Source: a virus
Virus record (IMG/VR): IMGVR_UViG_3300034101_001322
Location: 30,530-94,529 of that record
DNA length: 64,000 nucleotides
Strand: one strand, 5' to 3'
Shown here: one piece after another, positions 11,701 through 21,326 of the stretch
How the letters are laid out: the number at the start of each line of letters is the position of its first letter
Position numbering within the stretch: the first letter of the stretch is position 1
The notes under the pieces: model-generated
What the model saw: only the letters and a program-made list of their open reading frames with translations
Told to the model about the DNA's origin: nothing
Databases searched by the model: none
Position numbers and translations under genes: made by a program

Positions 11701-13192
11701 ACAACAAAGAGAAGCAACACCAGAATTTAAGGCTATAAATGCTGAGATAGATGCTCAGACCGCTGCAATTGATGCAGCAGAAAAGGTAATCACTGATTAT
11801 CAAAATAAGATTGGCGACTTACAGTATGACCTTGAAAACAACACTGTCTATGGAAGTCGAGTAATTGATAATCTTAATGCACAGATTGACACACTAGGTA
11901 GAACTGCTGAAATTGATTTTGATAGACCACTTGCAGCACTAAGCGAAGAGTCTGCAATTATCTCAAACACACTTGGACTTATTGATAAAGCAGAAGAAGA
12001 GATTAATAAAAAGTATGATGCTCAAGAGCAAGCATTATCTAAGATTTCTCAACTTAACTCAGAGATTGCAGCACAAGAAAAACAAAGACTTACACTTGCA
12101 GATGCACTAAGCCAAGGAGATATTTCTGCAGCAGCAGCAGCCGCTCAGGAAATGAGAGCAACTGCAGCAGAGGCTGCAACAAGAAGATCATCTGGAACCC
12201 TTGCCGCAGCAAGAGAGTCAGAGTTGGGTACCGTAACTGTAAATGGAATGACAAGAATTCAAATTGAAGAGCGTCAGTTCCAAATAGGACAGCAAACATT
12301 TGCTTTAGAACAACAACGTAAGGTAATTGAACAACAAATTTTATCTATTCAAGATCAAATTTATGCAAAAGAACTTTTGCGTGAACCAATTAACAGACAG
12401 ATTAGAGACTATCAGTTTGAAATTGAAAAAACTCAGCGTAACTCACTTGAGCCTGCACAGCAGGCTCTTGAAAAAGCAACATTTGCAAAAGAGCAGTATC
12501 AAAAACAAACAGAATCAATTATTAAAACTTTTGAATATTTAGGTAAATCAAAAGACGAATGGATTACGATAAATGTAGAAGCAACTGCTGTTGAAAAAAG
12601 TGCAGATGCTATTGAAAAGTCAACTGCTAAATCTGCTACAAATACTGCTGCAATTCTGGAATCTTGGGAAAAGTTAAAAGATAAAACAATTACACTTACA
12701 GAAAAGATTAATAGAATAGTTACAACAACTAATATAGTTACTACTGTTTATGCTCCTGGCAGTACCCCACCACCTGGTGGTCTTACTACAAAAATGTACG
12801 GTGGAGTAATTAAGAAGATGGCAGTTGGTGGCTTTGTTCCAGGAATTGGAATGACAGATAAGGTTCCTACGCTGTTAACACCAGGTGAGTTTGTTGTTAA
12901 TAAGGCTGCTACAAAGCAGTTTGGTCCACTTCTGTCAGATATTAATAATTCTAAATTCCCATCAATGGTTAATGAATTAACTCCCGCAGTCTATTCATCT
13001 AATAATTCATCTATATTTACACCAAATATTATTTCAAATAATGCATCTCTGTCAGATAACTCCAGCACCATGTATAATTATAATATTGGAATAACTGTTC
13101 CACAAACAAATGCAAGTTCTGACGATATTGCTAGATCAGTAATCAGTCAGATTAGACATGTTGACGCACAAAGAATTAGAGGACAAAGGTAA
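5738..13192 (+). CDS. Tape measure protein (2484 aa)
   Basis: Size, Ala-rich helical sequence, TP901-type core (GINASEGANALKS), hydrophobic segments, C-terminal GG..PG.G..D.VP.LLTPGEFVV motif. Confidence 0.95.
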   Translation: MADVNANIGVHIDTSAALAELKNLQRQLATFHSSVAKNSAASAAAQKNLQTNLLNSINATGKFSAQMGLVRTSTESFTHALEKNKLSMREYFRYAGGSTRTFGKLFKQEFDTIGKVAEERVKKMQTQYIKMGRDASGAMKAMAITPRSLDMNDYATKTALAAQKQALFNQLVRQGSTNLLNFGKNTQWAGRQLMVGFTVPLAYFGTAAAKTFMDLETQAIKFRRVYGDMFTTTDETTKALSDIEKIAKEFTKYGVAAVKTMELASQAAAMGKTGAELTAQVVEANRLAVLGGVEQTEALETTISVTNAFGIAAEDLANKINFLNAVENQTVTSIEDLTIAIPKAGPVVKQLGGTVEDLAFFLTAMKEGGINASEGANALKSGLASLINPTKKASAMLQDYGINIKAIVEGNQGNVRQTVIDFSRALDTLDPLNRARAIEQLFGKFQFSRLSTLFQNVTKDGTQASKVLGLAGASIEQLAILSERELKTVEDSVGVQFKSAVEELKLAIAPIGKTFLEAVTPIVKVIGNLLEKFNGLGDGTKKFIVIASTLVGIIGPTLLMTFGLVANGVANIIKMFLAMRIGFLKLGGNSKVLAQQTGYLNTEQMEAATVAASLNQAHTRLTQSFTAETSAVRLLRQAYIDATVAAANFARANPGMMMPGKGGAPKKGAAPKKFATGTTGLPGPKGAGDIIPILGAPGEAIIPANVAQDDRFKPIIDAMVNGNLQGFEEGTVNLGGKTFTTRSQSTALNLQNKISELISKGYSEDRIIKALETNVQRGRPMTASQLERRLSIGRGASTGSSAPSSIRSLAKQSQSGFMQETNAIKEALKRQGVVLTPAQEKNLFNVQASHIEEVRNAGVKEWKTNNLVADLGYVNNYLNTVKGKLGQTLMGMSDEQLKSMGIDRNELKKLQSGTHPTNARAAETLRAVARYDASINPNSYQARAVLAGLEYRSKSNFYSQPMKTLADMVVSKGKKTKSGVVDGQTGRAKSPAVSVSGGGVGDRRQVAVGKGETILNKKTTTAIRGGRAAFIPGLGRLRIAGAEDGIPTGQKTGSTTVGAVSQSAQLSRAQLIAATERISLKEAKRRIAAEGRLANAMDDSTKAQITTKEKLSEFSKKAGMGIGAVSGLTIAASFAGGKVGEMAQAIMPFVFGLQGIITLLPLLANPWVAAIAAIAAVGGVMWKMAKDVEKARQAGVDLAKSMNMTSEKLQNLSVLTATVSATEEADRKRQNILTGEDAVQRKFGQNILGSEFGKGLMADIEKQAKSGQGIQEIGRNISNSLAYAIVQGVITTDQAKSISSALGEELKSYEIPAIISGRLTTLLGPNGENLATDPLKITLAIQEESMQRQADFFKTALEGSMSTVTFTNVGQVIGGGITAAVGGLMAAAGVPALAAGGVPGAGMLAGGTALAGVGAANVRAGLSDQNQRREVNANLGAAALQLGLEQVTMNNGLVDSLNKQYDIKVKMAKTDAEIEEIEKKRTAALDTLNAKNAEALNLLIAQKDNFGADVFTKGINAAIDTLYKDGPMKVFADEAKKELEGIKDADFKAMLQVQFASGSIDPITVTKLANNEELQSQFTIMVESQGSEQANLVMQLLMKAGTNETNLPIFMDIINKDKKNFDKNMKAIAILGNMQQKYGISVNMNVNGQKKMEDVVKITEDLKGISQEEITKEGLLDLKVKDPATYNALMANWNTLVGTSSTINKTVIIDFVASQDENTVNAYMAAMGITAPKGRLGATLRKGLEEKAAAWKIGRQGRVTPNPIPGGTGGGGDTGSKSRDTTLDDLLNRLKMTRKASINAAGGLDELMKRTKGKGLTNFGGVINNLMNQSPGRINREFLDFISQMDDKTRKTYLTIKDGKAVLTAQGKALKEGFDEAAIGDYLTTQTKSLDTTKAQESAFNKLRAAGVGTAQAIEMVSDELLAVAINGKDIDSRELKVMADTAKAAADAAKDLQQNLNMQTRQGRFAIFKESFNEAMDYFDAQEELVRQQREATPEFKAINAEIDAQTAAIDAAEKVITDYQNKIGDLQYDLENNTVYGSRVIDNLNAQIDTLGRTAEIDFDRPLAALSEESAIISNTLGLIDKAEEEINKKYDAQEQALSKISQLNSEIAAQEKQRLTLADALSQGDISAAAAAAQEMRATAAEAATRRSSGTLAAARESELGTVTVNGMTRIQIEERQFQIGQQTFALEQQRKVIEQQILSIQDQIYAKELLREPINRQIRDYQFEIEKTQRNSLEPAQQALEKATFAKEQYQKQTESIIKTFEYLGKSKDEWITINVEATAVEKSADAIEKSTAKSATNTAAILESWEKLKDKTITLTEKINRIVTTTNIVTTVYAPGSTPPPGGLTTKMYGGVIKKMAVGGFVPGIGMTDKVPTLLTPGEFVVNKAATKQFGPLLSDINNSKFPSMVNELTPAVYSSNNSSIFTPNIISNNASLSDNSSTMYNYNIGITVPQTNASSDDIARSVISQIRHVDAQRIRGQR

Positions 13193-13833
13193 TGGCAACA
13201 GCAGCGTATTTAACAGGAAGACGTAGATACCAAAGACCACAGGCTCTGTTGTGGTCTGAGAATGCTGGAACATTGACAGATGGACTTTATGTACCAACAG
13301 GGTATGAAATAGGCGCAGATGCCCCAGAGGGGGCTAACGAAGCCCTTCTAGACCAGTTCTTAATCCTTTCAGATCATAATCGTGGGGAACTACAGTTTAG
13401 CCCAACTAGAATTGAGCAACGTCAAAGAACAATCAATGGCAGGATGAGGTCTTATCACATTGCAGATAAACTAAATATGTCTCTTAATTGGACGAACCTT
13501 CCATCAAGAGGATACCATCTTCCAGCAGATTTTGATGATGAGACTGGAGCATCCGCCTATAAAAATGTTTCTGGTCAAGAATATACAACAGACGGCGGAG
13601 CAGGTGGAGTTGAACTATTAGATTGGTATGAGAACCACAAGGGTCCATTCTGGATGTTTTTGGCATACGATAAGTATAATAATTTTGGTAAAGACAGTGC
13701 TGCATATGGTCACTTAGCGCAATACAATCAAATCATACAAGTGTATTTTGCAGACTTTAATTATACGGTTGTAAAACGTGGTGGGGGCAACCATGACCTT
13801 TGGAATATTTCGGTAACCTTGGAAGAGGTCTAA
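13192..13833 (+). CDS. Putative distal tail (Dit-like) protein
   Basis: First gene after the tape measure; RTINGRMRSYH and terminal WNISVTLEEV. Confidence 0.65.
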   Translation: MATAAYLTGRRRYQRPQALLWSENAGTLTDGLYVPTGYEIGADAPEGANEALLDQFLILSDHNRGELQFSPTRIEQRQRTINGRMRSYHIADKLNMSLNWTNLPSRGYHLPADFDDETGASAYKNVSGQEYTTDGGAGGVELLDWYENHKGPFWMFLAYDKYNNFGKDSAAYGHLAQYNQIIQVYFADFNYTVVKRGGGNHDLWNISVTLEEV

Positions 13834-16800
13834 ATGTTTGTTAATGAAGCATTAAAGACACACCTAGAAACATCTTCAACAATTCGACTTCAGTCATTAG
13901 TTTTGGCTGAGTGGAATATGAATATGCCAGATAATATTTATAAGTTAGGTAATTACAGATATCGACCAACAGATACAACATCACAATATTTTACATTGCC
14001 AAATGACTTTGATCAGTTAGACGCTGGAAATTATTATACAAATGCAACAGATGCCGATGTAATAATCGATGGAGGTTTTACAAACTCCAACGTTCCACAG
14101 TTGTTTACATCTAAAAAAGATAAAATGAAAATGATTTATTCGCTAGAAGACTGCCTAAAACCTTTTAGACCTAGATCTGGAATTAATAAGGTATCATATT
14201 TTAATAATAGATTTTTGGCAAACTCAGGTGCTTCTATGGCACAACGTCCAAGATACTACATGGCTTCAAGGTATGATGAGTTTAAGTATTGGACATCTTA
14301 CAGAACAGAAAATAATATTGAGCGGGGTATTGCAAAGAACATCTCTAATAACCTATATTACATAGACGATGCAGCACCATTTGTTGTTTATAAAGAAAAC
14401 GTTCCAGCAAATAGACTTGTGGTTAAAATGCAGACAAATGTTGGTGACGTAGACCTGGGTCCTTTTACAACAGCAACAACGTCTATCAGCGATCCATTAT
14501 TTGCTTCAGCAAATAAGACAACCCCAACAAGATGGAAAATTCAATATTTAAATAATAATAGTTGGGTAGACGCTTATTCTTTTAGAGAAACAGACACAAG
14601 AAGTTCTGGGGCACCAATTATTGGAACTGACGGATACGTAGAACTTGAGTACGGACTTATAATTCCAGAGGAATACATATCTTCATTTGTGTTTGCAGAA
14701 AGACTATCTTCTGATACTTTGCTTCCAGAAACAAGTATTGAAGGTTATGCTTATCTAGTTATAGAAAATGAAGGTGAGCGAGGAACTTTTTATATCTGGA
14801 CAAATGGAGACTATGCAACTTTTGCACCAGAGTATGGTTGGAGCCTTGGATCTGAAGAGGTTGCAAACAACACAAACTTTATATCAGACCTGACATCTCC
14901 AGATTATTTTAATAATGACACCATTGGTGGAATAACCTACAGAGACTTTTCATACATTCGTGGAATTAGAGTAGTTGTAGATACCATGAATAAGTTTGAC
15001 TCAACATTTGACCTTATTGAGATGTCTCCAAGACTTGCAGTAGATATATCAGATAAAGTAATTGACTTTAGAATTAACAAGACTCTTTCTGATATTGGAG
15101 TAACATCGATGCCAGTTGGACAACTCCTTGCTTCAAATGGTCAATTGTCTTTGTTTGATGATGACCAGGCTTTTAATCCAGAGAACTCAAACAGCATAAT
15201 TGCAGACTATATAAGAAAAAATATTAAGTTTAACTTTTATGAAGTTGTAATTGATGTAGATGGATTTGATTACTATGTTCCAATAAAAACATTATACTCA
15301 GAAGGATTTCCACAGGCAGATGCTACTGGCGGAACAGTGTCTATCGAACTTAGAGACTTCTTCTTCTTTTTAGAGTCAATGCCAGCACCAAGACTTTTAA
15401 CAACCCAAGCATCTTTAAGTTATGCAATAACAACACTACTTGACTATATTGGTTTTACAAACTATGTATTTAGACGTGTTGATGGAGAATCTGATCCAGT
15501 AATTCCATTCTTTTTTATTGCTCCAGATCAAAACGTTGCACAGGTTTTAAACCAACTTGCCCTAGCCACACAAACAGCAATGTTTTTTGACGAGTACAAC
15601 AATTTTATTGTTATGAGCAAAGACTACTTAATGCCAACAGAGGCTCAGAGAACTACAGACTTTGTGCTTTCGGGTTCAAATAATCAAACAGATACAGGTG
15701 TTACAGAAAATGCATCTTCTGGCAATCTACCAAATATTTTATCAATAGCCTCACAAGATAAAAAGATTTATAATGATGGAAAGATTAACTATACAGCCAG
15801 ATATATTCAAAGATCTTATGGAACAATAAGGCAATCATCTATGATTGACCAAGAAAAAACTTGGATATACAAGCCAGCACTATTGTGGGAAGTTTCGGGA
15901 ACTGAGGCTACTAAAAGCATAAATGAACTTGCTGCAAAGCAGGGTAGTTATGTTTTAGGAGCAATGCCATTAAACTCAAATTTATCAGCAACTCCACCAA
16001 TTGTAGCAAACAACGTGGTAATAAATAATATTATGGACCTTGGAGAGAACGTTTATTGGTTAACTAGATATCAAGGATATCTATATTCTAATGGTGAAAT
16101 TATTAGGTATGATGCAGCGGAGTTTAATATTACTGGAACTGGAAATGTTTGGATATCAAGCAACCAGGAGTATCAAAAGTATTTTGCATCTTTGCCATTT
16201 AATGGAAAGATTTACCCAACGGGTCTTATTCGCATATATTCTGTTCCCTATTATGAAGTAGTTGATGGAATCACTAGACTACAAGGTGGGGCAGTAGTAG
16301 AGCATGGTCGTGCACAATTTGGAACAACAATTACAACACATACAGCAGGCATAGATAATTATTGGTCAAACAATGAATATGTTCGTGGATGCAATATGCA
16401 GGCTGGACTTATGTTTACTACACAGTTAGATGAGGATGTTGTGTACCCGCCAACTACCATTGGAGCAGCAGGAGTAGACAATGTTCTTGCAAGACAGACA
16501 ACTCGTAATGGTGTTATTAAAAACTTTATGGCAAACAATTACTTAACAGAAACACAGGTCAATAACTTAAAGAGTACTGAAAGTGGAACCATTCAATCTT
16601 CAGCACTTGTAATGAATGGTCCGTCATTTAAAACTACAGAAACTCCACTAAATTTTGTTTCTTACGTTTATAAGCAATTAGACAACGCTTATAGGCATTT
16701 TGGAACTAGAATGCGTATTGTTGGTAAAGTTGAAAATAATGTAAGTAGAACTCAAACTCCTATTGGGTCTACATCTTATTATCAAGTTACAGGCTCACAG

Positions 16801-18144
16801 ACAGACCAGAACGTAAGTATCGGTGGTGGTTCAGGTGGCTTAGCCGTTTTGTTAAATCCAGAAACAAATAATGGATATTACTTTGAGATTATTGCATTAA
16901 CGGAAGATAATATAAACTCTTATCTAAAATTAAATACAAGAGGGCAGGCTGAAAAGTCTATTAACAACATTGTTTTTTATAAAGTTAAAAAAGACTCTTC
17001 AAACAATAACGCCATTCCAATAAAACTTTGGGGTGGTCTATCAAAGATTCTTGTTGACGACGGAAGATTTACAGGTCAGTACAGAATGTCTGGAGAAGAT
17101 AATCCAACAGTTTATGACTTATCTGTAGAATATCAAGACATCGGAAAGACTAGAAGATTCTTTTTATACATTAACAACAAGTTAATTAAAGTCGTAGATG
17201 ATACAGATCCACTTCCAATCTATAACAATATGGCACTATTTACTCGTGGCTCATCAAGGGTTATGTTTGAAAATATATATGCTCTTTCAGAAAACTATTC
17301 ACAAAACAGCGTATTCACGGTAGGAGAAACACTTGCTGCATCTTTAGCAGAAGGAAAGATTAACGCAAATGAATCTTTTAGAAAATATGCAATGAGTGGA
17401 ATTATACAGTCAACCTATCTGTCTGGAATCAGCGCACAAGAACCACCAAAATACAACATGTATTTTGAAGAGTTTGGATCAATTATGCGTGAGTGTGCTT
17501 ATTTTGATATTAGATATAATCGTGCATACCCAGCACTTTATGCTCAGATATCACCAACATTTAATAGGATTAAAGGCTATACCACGTCTGGGTTTAATGC
17601 TGATTCTTACGGTGCAGAGTTCTTAATATTTAATGCAACAGATAAAGCCCTTAGCCTAGATGAAACAACTGGAAACTTTTTAAGAATTCAAGGTGTAACA
17701 TTTACACAGGATACAACGCATGAGTTAAGTGTAGATGAATATTTTAAAAAACGTGGAAATCTTTCTGATCCAGAGTTTAAGGGTGACACTTTAATTTATT
17801 CTCCATTAGTTGAAAAAAATAAGTATGATGAGATTAGGCAAAGTAGAATGTTATATGGGAAAAATGAATTCTCCATTGATAGCGTATATATTCAAACTCA
17901 AGATGATGCTGAAGCCTTAATGGGATGGATCATAAACAAAGTTATGCATCCTAAAAAATCAATTGGCATAAGTCTTTTTTCAATACCAACACTTCAACTT
18001 GGTGACATTGTTACGGTTGATTACAAGGACTCAGATAACATAAACCTGGTTGCGCTAGATACCGCTAGGTTTGTTGTGTATAATATAGAGTATTCAAGAG
18101 GAAACTCTGGTCCAAACATGTCCATTTATTTGAGTGAGGTGTAA
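13834..18144 (+). CDS. Large minor tail / baseplate hub protein
   Basis: 1436 aa, beta-rich; C-terminal PTLQLGDIVTV hub-type motif; synteny. Confidence 0.7.
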   Translation: MFVNEALKTHLETSSTIRLQSLVLAEWNMNMPDNIYKLGNYRYRPTDTTSQYFTLPNDFDQLDAGNYYTNATDADVIIDGGFTNSNVPQLFTSKKDKMKMIYSLEDCLKPFRPRSGINKVSYFNNRFLANSGASMAQRPRYYMASRYDEFKYWTSYRTENNIERGIAKNISNNLYYIDDAAPFVVYKENVPANRLVVKMQTNVGDVDLGPFTTATTSISDPLFASANKTTPTRWKIQYLNNNSWVDAYSFRETDTRSSGAPIIGTDGYVELEYGLIIPEEYISSFVFAERLSSDTLLPETSIEGYAYLVIENEGERGTFYIWTNGDYATFAPEYGWSLGSEEVANNTNFISDLTSPDYFNNDTIGGITYRDFSYIRGIRVVVDTMNKFDSTFDLIEMSPRLAVDISDKVIDFRINKTLSDIGVTSMPVGQLLASNGQLSLFDDDQAFNPENSNSIIADYIRKNIKFNFYEVVIDVDGFDYYVPIKTLYSEGFPQADATGGTVSIELRDFFFFLESMPAPRLLTTQASLSYAITTLLDYIGFTNYVFRRVDGESDPVIPFFFIAPDQNVAQVLNQLALATQTAMFFDEYNNFIVMSKDYLMPTEAQRTTDFVLSGSNNQTDTGVTENASSGNLPNILSIASQDKKIYNDGKINYTARYIQRSYGTIRQSSMIDQEKTWIYKPALLWEVSGTEATKSINELAAKQGSYVLGAMPLNSNLSATPPIVANNVVINNIMDLGENVYWLTRYQGYLYSNGEIIRYDAAEFNITGTGNVWISSNQEYQKYFASLPFNGKIYPTGLIRIYSVPYYEVVDGITRLQGGAVVEHGRAQFGTTITTHTAGIDNYWSNNEYVRGCNMQAGLMFTTQLDEDVVYPPTTIGAAGVDNVLARQTTRNGVIKNFMANNYLTETQVNNLKSTESGTIQSSALVMNGPSFKTTETPLNFVSYVYKQLDNAYRHFGTRMRIVGKVENNVSRTQTPIGSTSYYQVTGSQTDQNVSIGGGSGGLAVLLNPETNNGYYFEIIALTEDNINSYLKLNTRGQAEKSINNIVFYKVKKDSSNNNAIPIKLWGGLSKILVDDGRFTGQYRMSGEDNPTVYDLSVEYQDIGKTRRFFLYINNKLIKVVDDTDPLPIYNNMALFTRGSSRVMFENIYALSENYSQNSVFTVGETLAASLAEGKINANESFRKYAMSGIIQSTYLSGISAQEPPKYNMYFEEFGSIMRECAYFDIRYNRAYPALYAQISPTFNRIKGYTTSGFNADSYGAEFLIFNATDKALSLDETTGNFLRIQGVTFTQDTTHELSVDEYFKKRGNLSDPEFKGDTLIYSPLVEKNKYDEIRQSRMLYGKNEFSIDSVYIQTQDDAEALMGWIINKVMHPKKSIGISLFSIPTLQLGDIVTVDYKDSDNINLVALDTARFVVYNIEYSRGNSGPNMSIYLSEV

Positions 18145-18145
18145 G

Positions 18146-19006
18146 ATGCCAGTATCAGCAGCAGAAATTATAGCAAGTAAAGCAGCAATCGAAGCAAACA
18201 AGCAAAGAGCAGAAGAACGTGCAGCCCTTGCTGCTTCACAGGGAAATTCTGCCAGAGAACAAACTTGGTTAGCCAGCGCTGCAAGATATCAAAATCTTTT
18301 AGACATAAAAGACAGACTTGCTGCTTCTGCTGCTAGACAAGAACAGGCAAAAGAAGATGCTGAAGCAAGAAGACAGGCTGCAATTGAAGCAGCCAGACGT
18401 GCCGAAGAAGAAAGACAAAGACAACTAGAAGAAGCAAGAAAGAGAGCAAAGATTGATGGAGAAGTTGAACCACCTTTTCGTGGAGGATATGTTGCTCCAG
18501 CAATCAGCCCAACACCTTTAACACCTTCATTAATTTCTAACCCAATTGTTTCTACTCCACCACCGCCTCCAGTTAAAACTGCTCCAATTGATACTGTTTT
18601 ATTTAATGACGAAGAGGTACCAATTGAGGTTATGACTGACCTAATCTTTGAAGATATTGGTGGTCAAGAACTAATTAATATTGCACGTAATGACATTATT
18701 AATGGTCAACAAGTTTCATATCAACCAATTAAAAACCTGTCTTCTATTCAGCAACAGTATAATCCAAACAACATTCTTAGCCTACAGTCTACATCTGATA
18801 AATACTTTGCCAATTTTCCAATTAAACTTGAGAATAAGATACCTACTCCTGGAACTGGTCCTAGCGGAACCCACGTTTACATAGATTCTGCAAACGGAAA
18901 CCTTGTTATTGAGGCTATAAATATTGAGCCTGATGAGCAGATTGAAATAGAAATCACGGTAAGTGGTACAATATATGAAGCGGAATTTGGAGAAATAGTC
19001 TCATGA
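18146..19006 (+). CDS. Tail-module protein with charged helix and Pro-rich linker
   Basis: ATG at 18146 after SD GAGGTG; E/R/A-rich N-terminus and PPPPP linker. Confidence 0.55.
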   Translation: MPVSAAEIIASKAAIEANKQRAEERAALAASQGNSAREQTWLASAARYQNLLDIKDRLAASAARQEQAKEDAEARRQAAIEAARRAEEERQRQLEEARKRAKIDGEVEPPFRGGYVAPAISPTPLTPSLISNPIVSTPPPPPVKTAPIDTVLFNDEEVPIEVMTDLIFEDIGGQELINIARNDIINGQQVSYQPIKNLSSIQQQYNPNNILSLQSTSDKYFANFPIKLENKIPTPGTGPSGTHVYIDSANGNLVIEAINIEPDEQIEIEITVSGTIYEAEFGEIVS

Positions 19007-20157
19007 TAACTAATACAGGTAAAAGCATTATTGGTAAATATATGCTTGGTCAAGCACCAGCATATGCTTCATTTATTGCTGTAGGTTGCGGTCCAACACC
19101 ACTAGATGTCGGAGATGTTCAGGGAGATTTTTCTACAAAAGCAGCCTTAGACTTTGAAATGTTCAGAGTTCCAGTTTCATCAAGAGGGTTTGTTAATGAA
19201 AACGGTGTGAACAAGATTGTTCTAACAGCAGAACTGCCAACAGAAGAAAGATATGAGATTACCGAAGTTGGTATTTATTCAGCAGGGTCAAACCCATCTG
19301 CTGGAGCATACGATAGTAAGACTGTCTTTGCTTTTACTACTGCAGAAAACTGGCAACATCATACAGCAGAAGCAGTTACGGCTATTGATTCATATTCTGC
19401 TCCACTAGATGATCCAGAAGATGACAACGTTATCTCTGTGGCTGATGCTGTGTTTCAAACAAATGCAGACAACTCTATATTTTATAAACCATCTCGTGCA
19501 GGAAGATATGAAAGATGTAGATTTTTAAATAATACAATTTTTATACAAGGGGATGATTCTGACATTACAATCAGTGAAGACAGTGGTCCAACAGAGGATC
19601 ACTTTGTTGTTGAGTCTGGATCAAATCATATTCACCTAACTGGAGCAAGTGTTGATTTTACTAGAAACTCTCCAATTGATGAACTTAAGTTAGCATTTTC
19701 TTTAATAAACAAAGATGGAGATTCTAACGCAATTCCAGATACTGTTAGAATTCTTGTAGATTTTGCAGAAACCGATACCCTAGGTGGAGAGTTTGCAAGG
19801 TTTGAAGCAGAAATCAATCATGGAACATCTGGAAATCCAGATTTAGTTCAAGACTTTTCTACTAATAGATATTTTGTAGTATCAAAACAATTACAGGAGT
19901 TGTACACAAGTGCAAACTTTACCTGGAATGCTGTAACAGTGGTTAAAATTTATGCTTGCGTTATTGATGGTGGAATTCCTTCAGAAGATTACTATGTTGC
20001 TCTTGATGCAATTAGACTAGAAAATGTTGCAACTGTAAATCCTTTATACGGTCTTACTGGATATTCGCTAATTAAAACAGAAGGCGCTGAATCAATCATA
20101 AAGTCTCCTAATACAAGTAATTATATTGAATTTAGATTTTCAATAGGAGTTACGTAA
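19003..20157 (+). CDS. Putative tail fibre-collar/baseplate protein
   Basis: N-terminal MITNTGKSII...IAVGCG...ITEVGIYS motif typical of tail-collar proteins. Confidence 0.6.
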   Translation: MITNTGKSIIGKYMLGQAPAYASFIAVGCGPTPLDVGDVQGDFSTKAALDFEMFRVPVSSRGFVNENGVNKIVLTAELPTEERYEITEVGIYSAGSNPSAGAYDSKTVFAFTTAENWQHHTAEAVTAIDSYSAPLDDPEDDNVISVADAVFQTNADNSIFYKPSRAGRYERCRFLNNTIFIQGDDSDITISEDSGPTEDHFVVESGSNHIHLTGASVDFTRNSPIDELKLAFSLINKDGDSNAIPDTVRILVDFAETDTLGGEFARFEAEINHGTSGNPDLVQDFSTNRYFVVSKQLQELYTSANFTWNAVTVVKIYACVIDGGIPSEDYYVALDAIRLENVATVNPLYGLTGYSLIKTEGAESIIKSPNTSNYIEFRFSIGVT

Positions 20158-20657
20158 TGGCTAATGAGTTTATTAAAAAAGTTAAAGTTGAACAAGATAG
20201 CCTTCCAACATTAAGCAGTCTTACAGAAAAATATGATGTTAGATACAGAATAGTTTCTGAGGATAAAAATAGAATCTCTCATTGGTCTCCAATAGTTACT
20301 ATTGATCCACAGTATGTTTATGTTTCAGGAAACATTTCTATTGTCTCTTCGGGGATAACAACGGTTGTTTGGGATACAGTTACTATTAAAATAGGAGCAC
20401 AAGTTATTCGTCAAGCAAAAGATTATGATGTTTGGGTAAAGTGGAGTAGAGCAGCAGGAAATGGTGACTGGAATTATGTTCAAAGAATCTCTGGTAATTC
20501 TATTAGTCTTGTTCATCCATCAACATTTTATATTAATGGTGTAGATCAGGCGCAGTCTCCAAACAGAATAACAGTAGAAGTTTACTTAAAGGGTGAACCA
20601 ATAACAAGAGATTCAACAAATCTTTTAGTTTATAGTCCTGCAATGCATACGATCTAA
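20157..20657 (+). CDS. Putative minor tail protein (FnIII/Ig-like)
   Basis: YDVRYRIVS...SHWS pattern; synteny. Confidence 0.45.
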   Translation: MANEFIKKVKVEQDSLPTLSSLTEKYDVRYRIVSEDKNRISHWSPIVTIDPQYVYVSGNISIVSSGITTVVWDTVTIKIGAQVIRQAKDYDVWVKWSRAAGNGDWNYVQRISGNSISLVHPSTFYINGVDQAQSPNRITVEVYLKGEPITRDSTNLLVYSPAMHTI

Positions 20658-20675
20658 TGATATAATGGAGATATA

Positions 20676-21119
20676 ATGGCTAAAGTACCGCTACCAGAAC
20701 GAGGACAACCACTAGATGTTACTTACATCTATCAGTTGGCTGATACTATTAATGATCTGTCTACACAGGTTTCATCAGCAACCTATAACTATACAACAGT
20801 TGATACGGTTAGTGCGGGTAAGCAGAGTGTAAAGACTTCTGAGGCTCGTATGATTGGTGGATACGTAGAAGTTGCTAACAACTCTACAGTAAGCGCAGGA
20901 AACGAAAAAACCTTTTCTTATGACTTTCCAAGCGACTTTAAGTATCAACCAATAGCAACGGCTACCCCAGTAAACATAGGAAACACTCCTGCTGGACAAA
21001 ATGTAAGCGTTATCTTAAAGACAGTAACAACATCAAGAGTAGAAGGAATTGTAAGATTTGGTGCTTCTGGAGATTTATCTCTAGCAATTAATTTAATTAT
21101 TCTTGGTATACCAAACTAA
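20676..21119 (+). CDS. Putative minor tail/receptor-binding-type protein
   Basis: C-terminal F..DFKYQPIATATP...INLIILG resembles gp53/H-lectin-like tail domains; own extended -10 at 20658. Confidence 0.45.
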   Translation: MAKVPLPERGQPLDVTYIYQLADTINDLSTQVSSATYNYTTVDTVSAGKQSVKTSEARMIGGYVEVANNSTVSAGNEKTFSYDFPSDFKYQPIATATPVNIGNTPAGQNVSVILKTVTTSRVEGIVRFGASGDLSLAINLIILGIPN

Positions 21120-21134
21120 CATTAAGGGTGGGAA

Positions 21135-21326
21135 ATGGTTTTTTGCAAAAAATGCAAAGGTCGTATGCTTGTTGATAGACAATATAGCACAACTGAGCAT
21201 ATTGAGATATTCTGTATACTGTGTGGTGCAAGAACATTCTTTCACCCACCATCAGAGAGTGAGCAAGGTAGATGGATACTGCTAAGGGAAAGATCCAGAG
21301 CGAACAATACAATAACGAGTCTGTAA
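21135..21326 (+). CDS. Small zinc-ribbon protein
   Basis: CKKC...CILC. Confidence 0.6.
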   Translation: MVFCKKCKGRMLVDRQYSTTEHIEIFCILCGARTFFHPPSESEQGRWILLRERSRANNTITSL

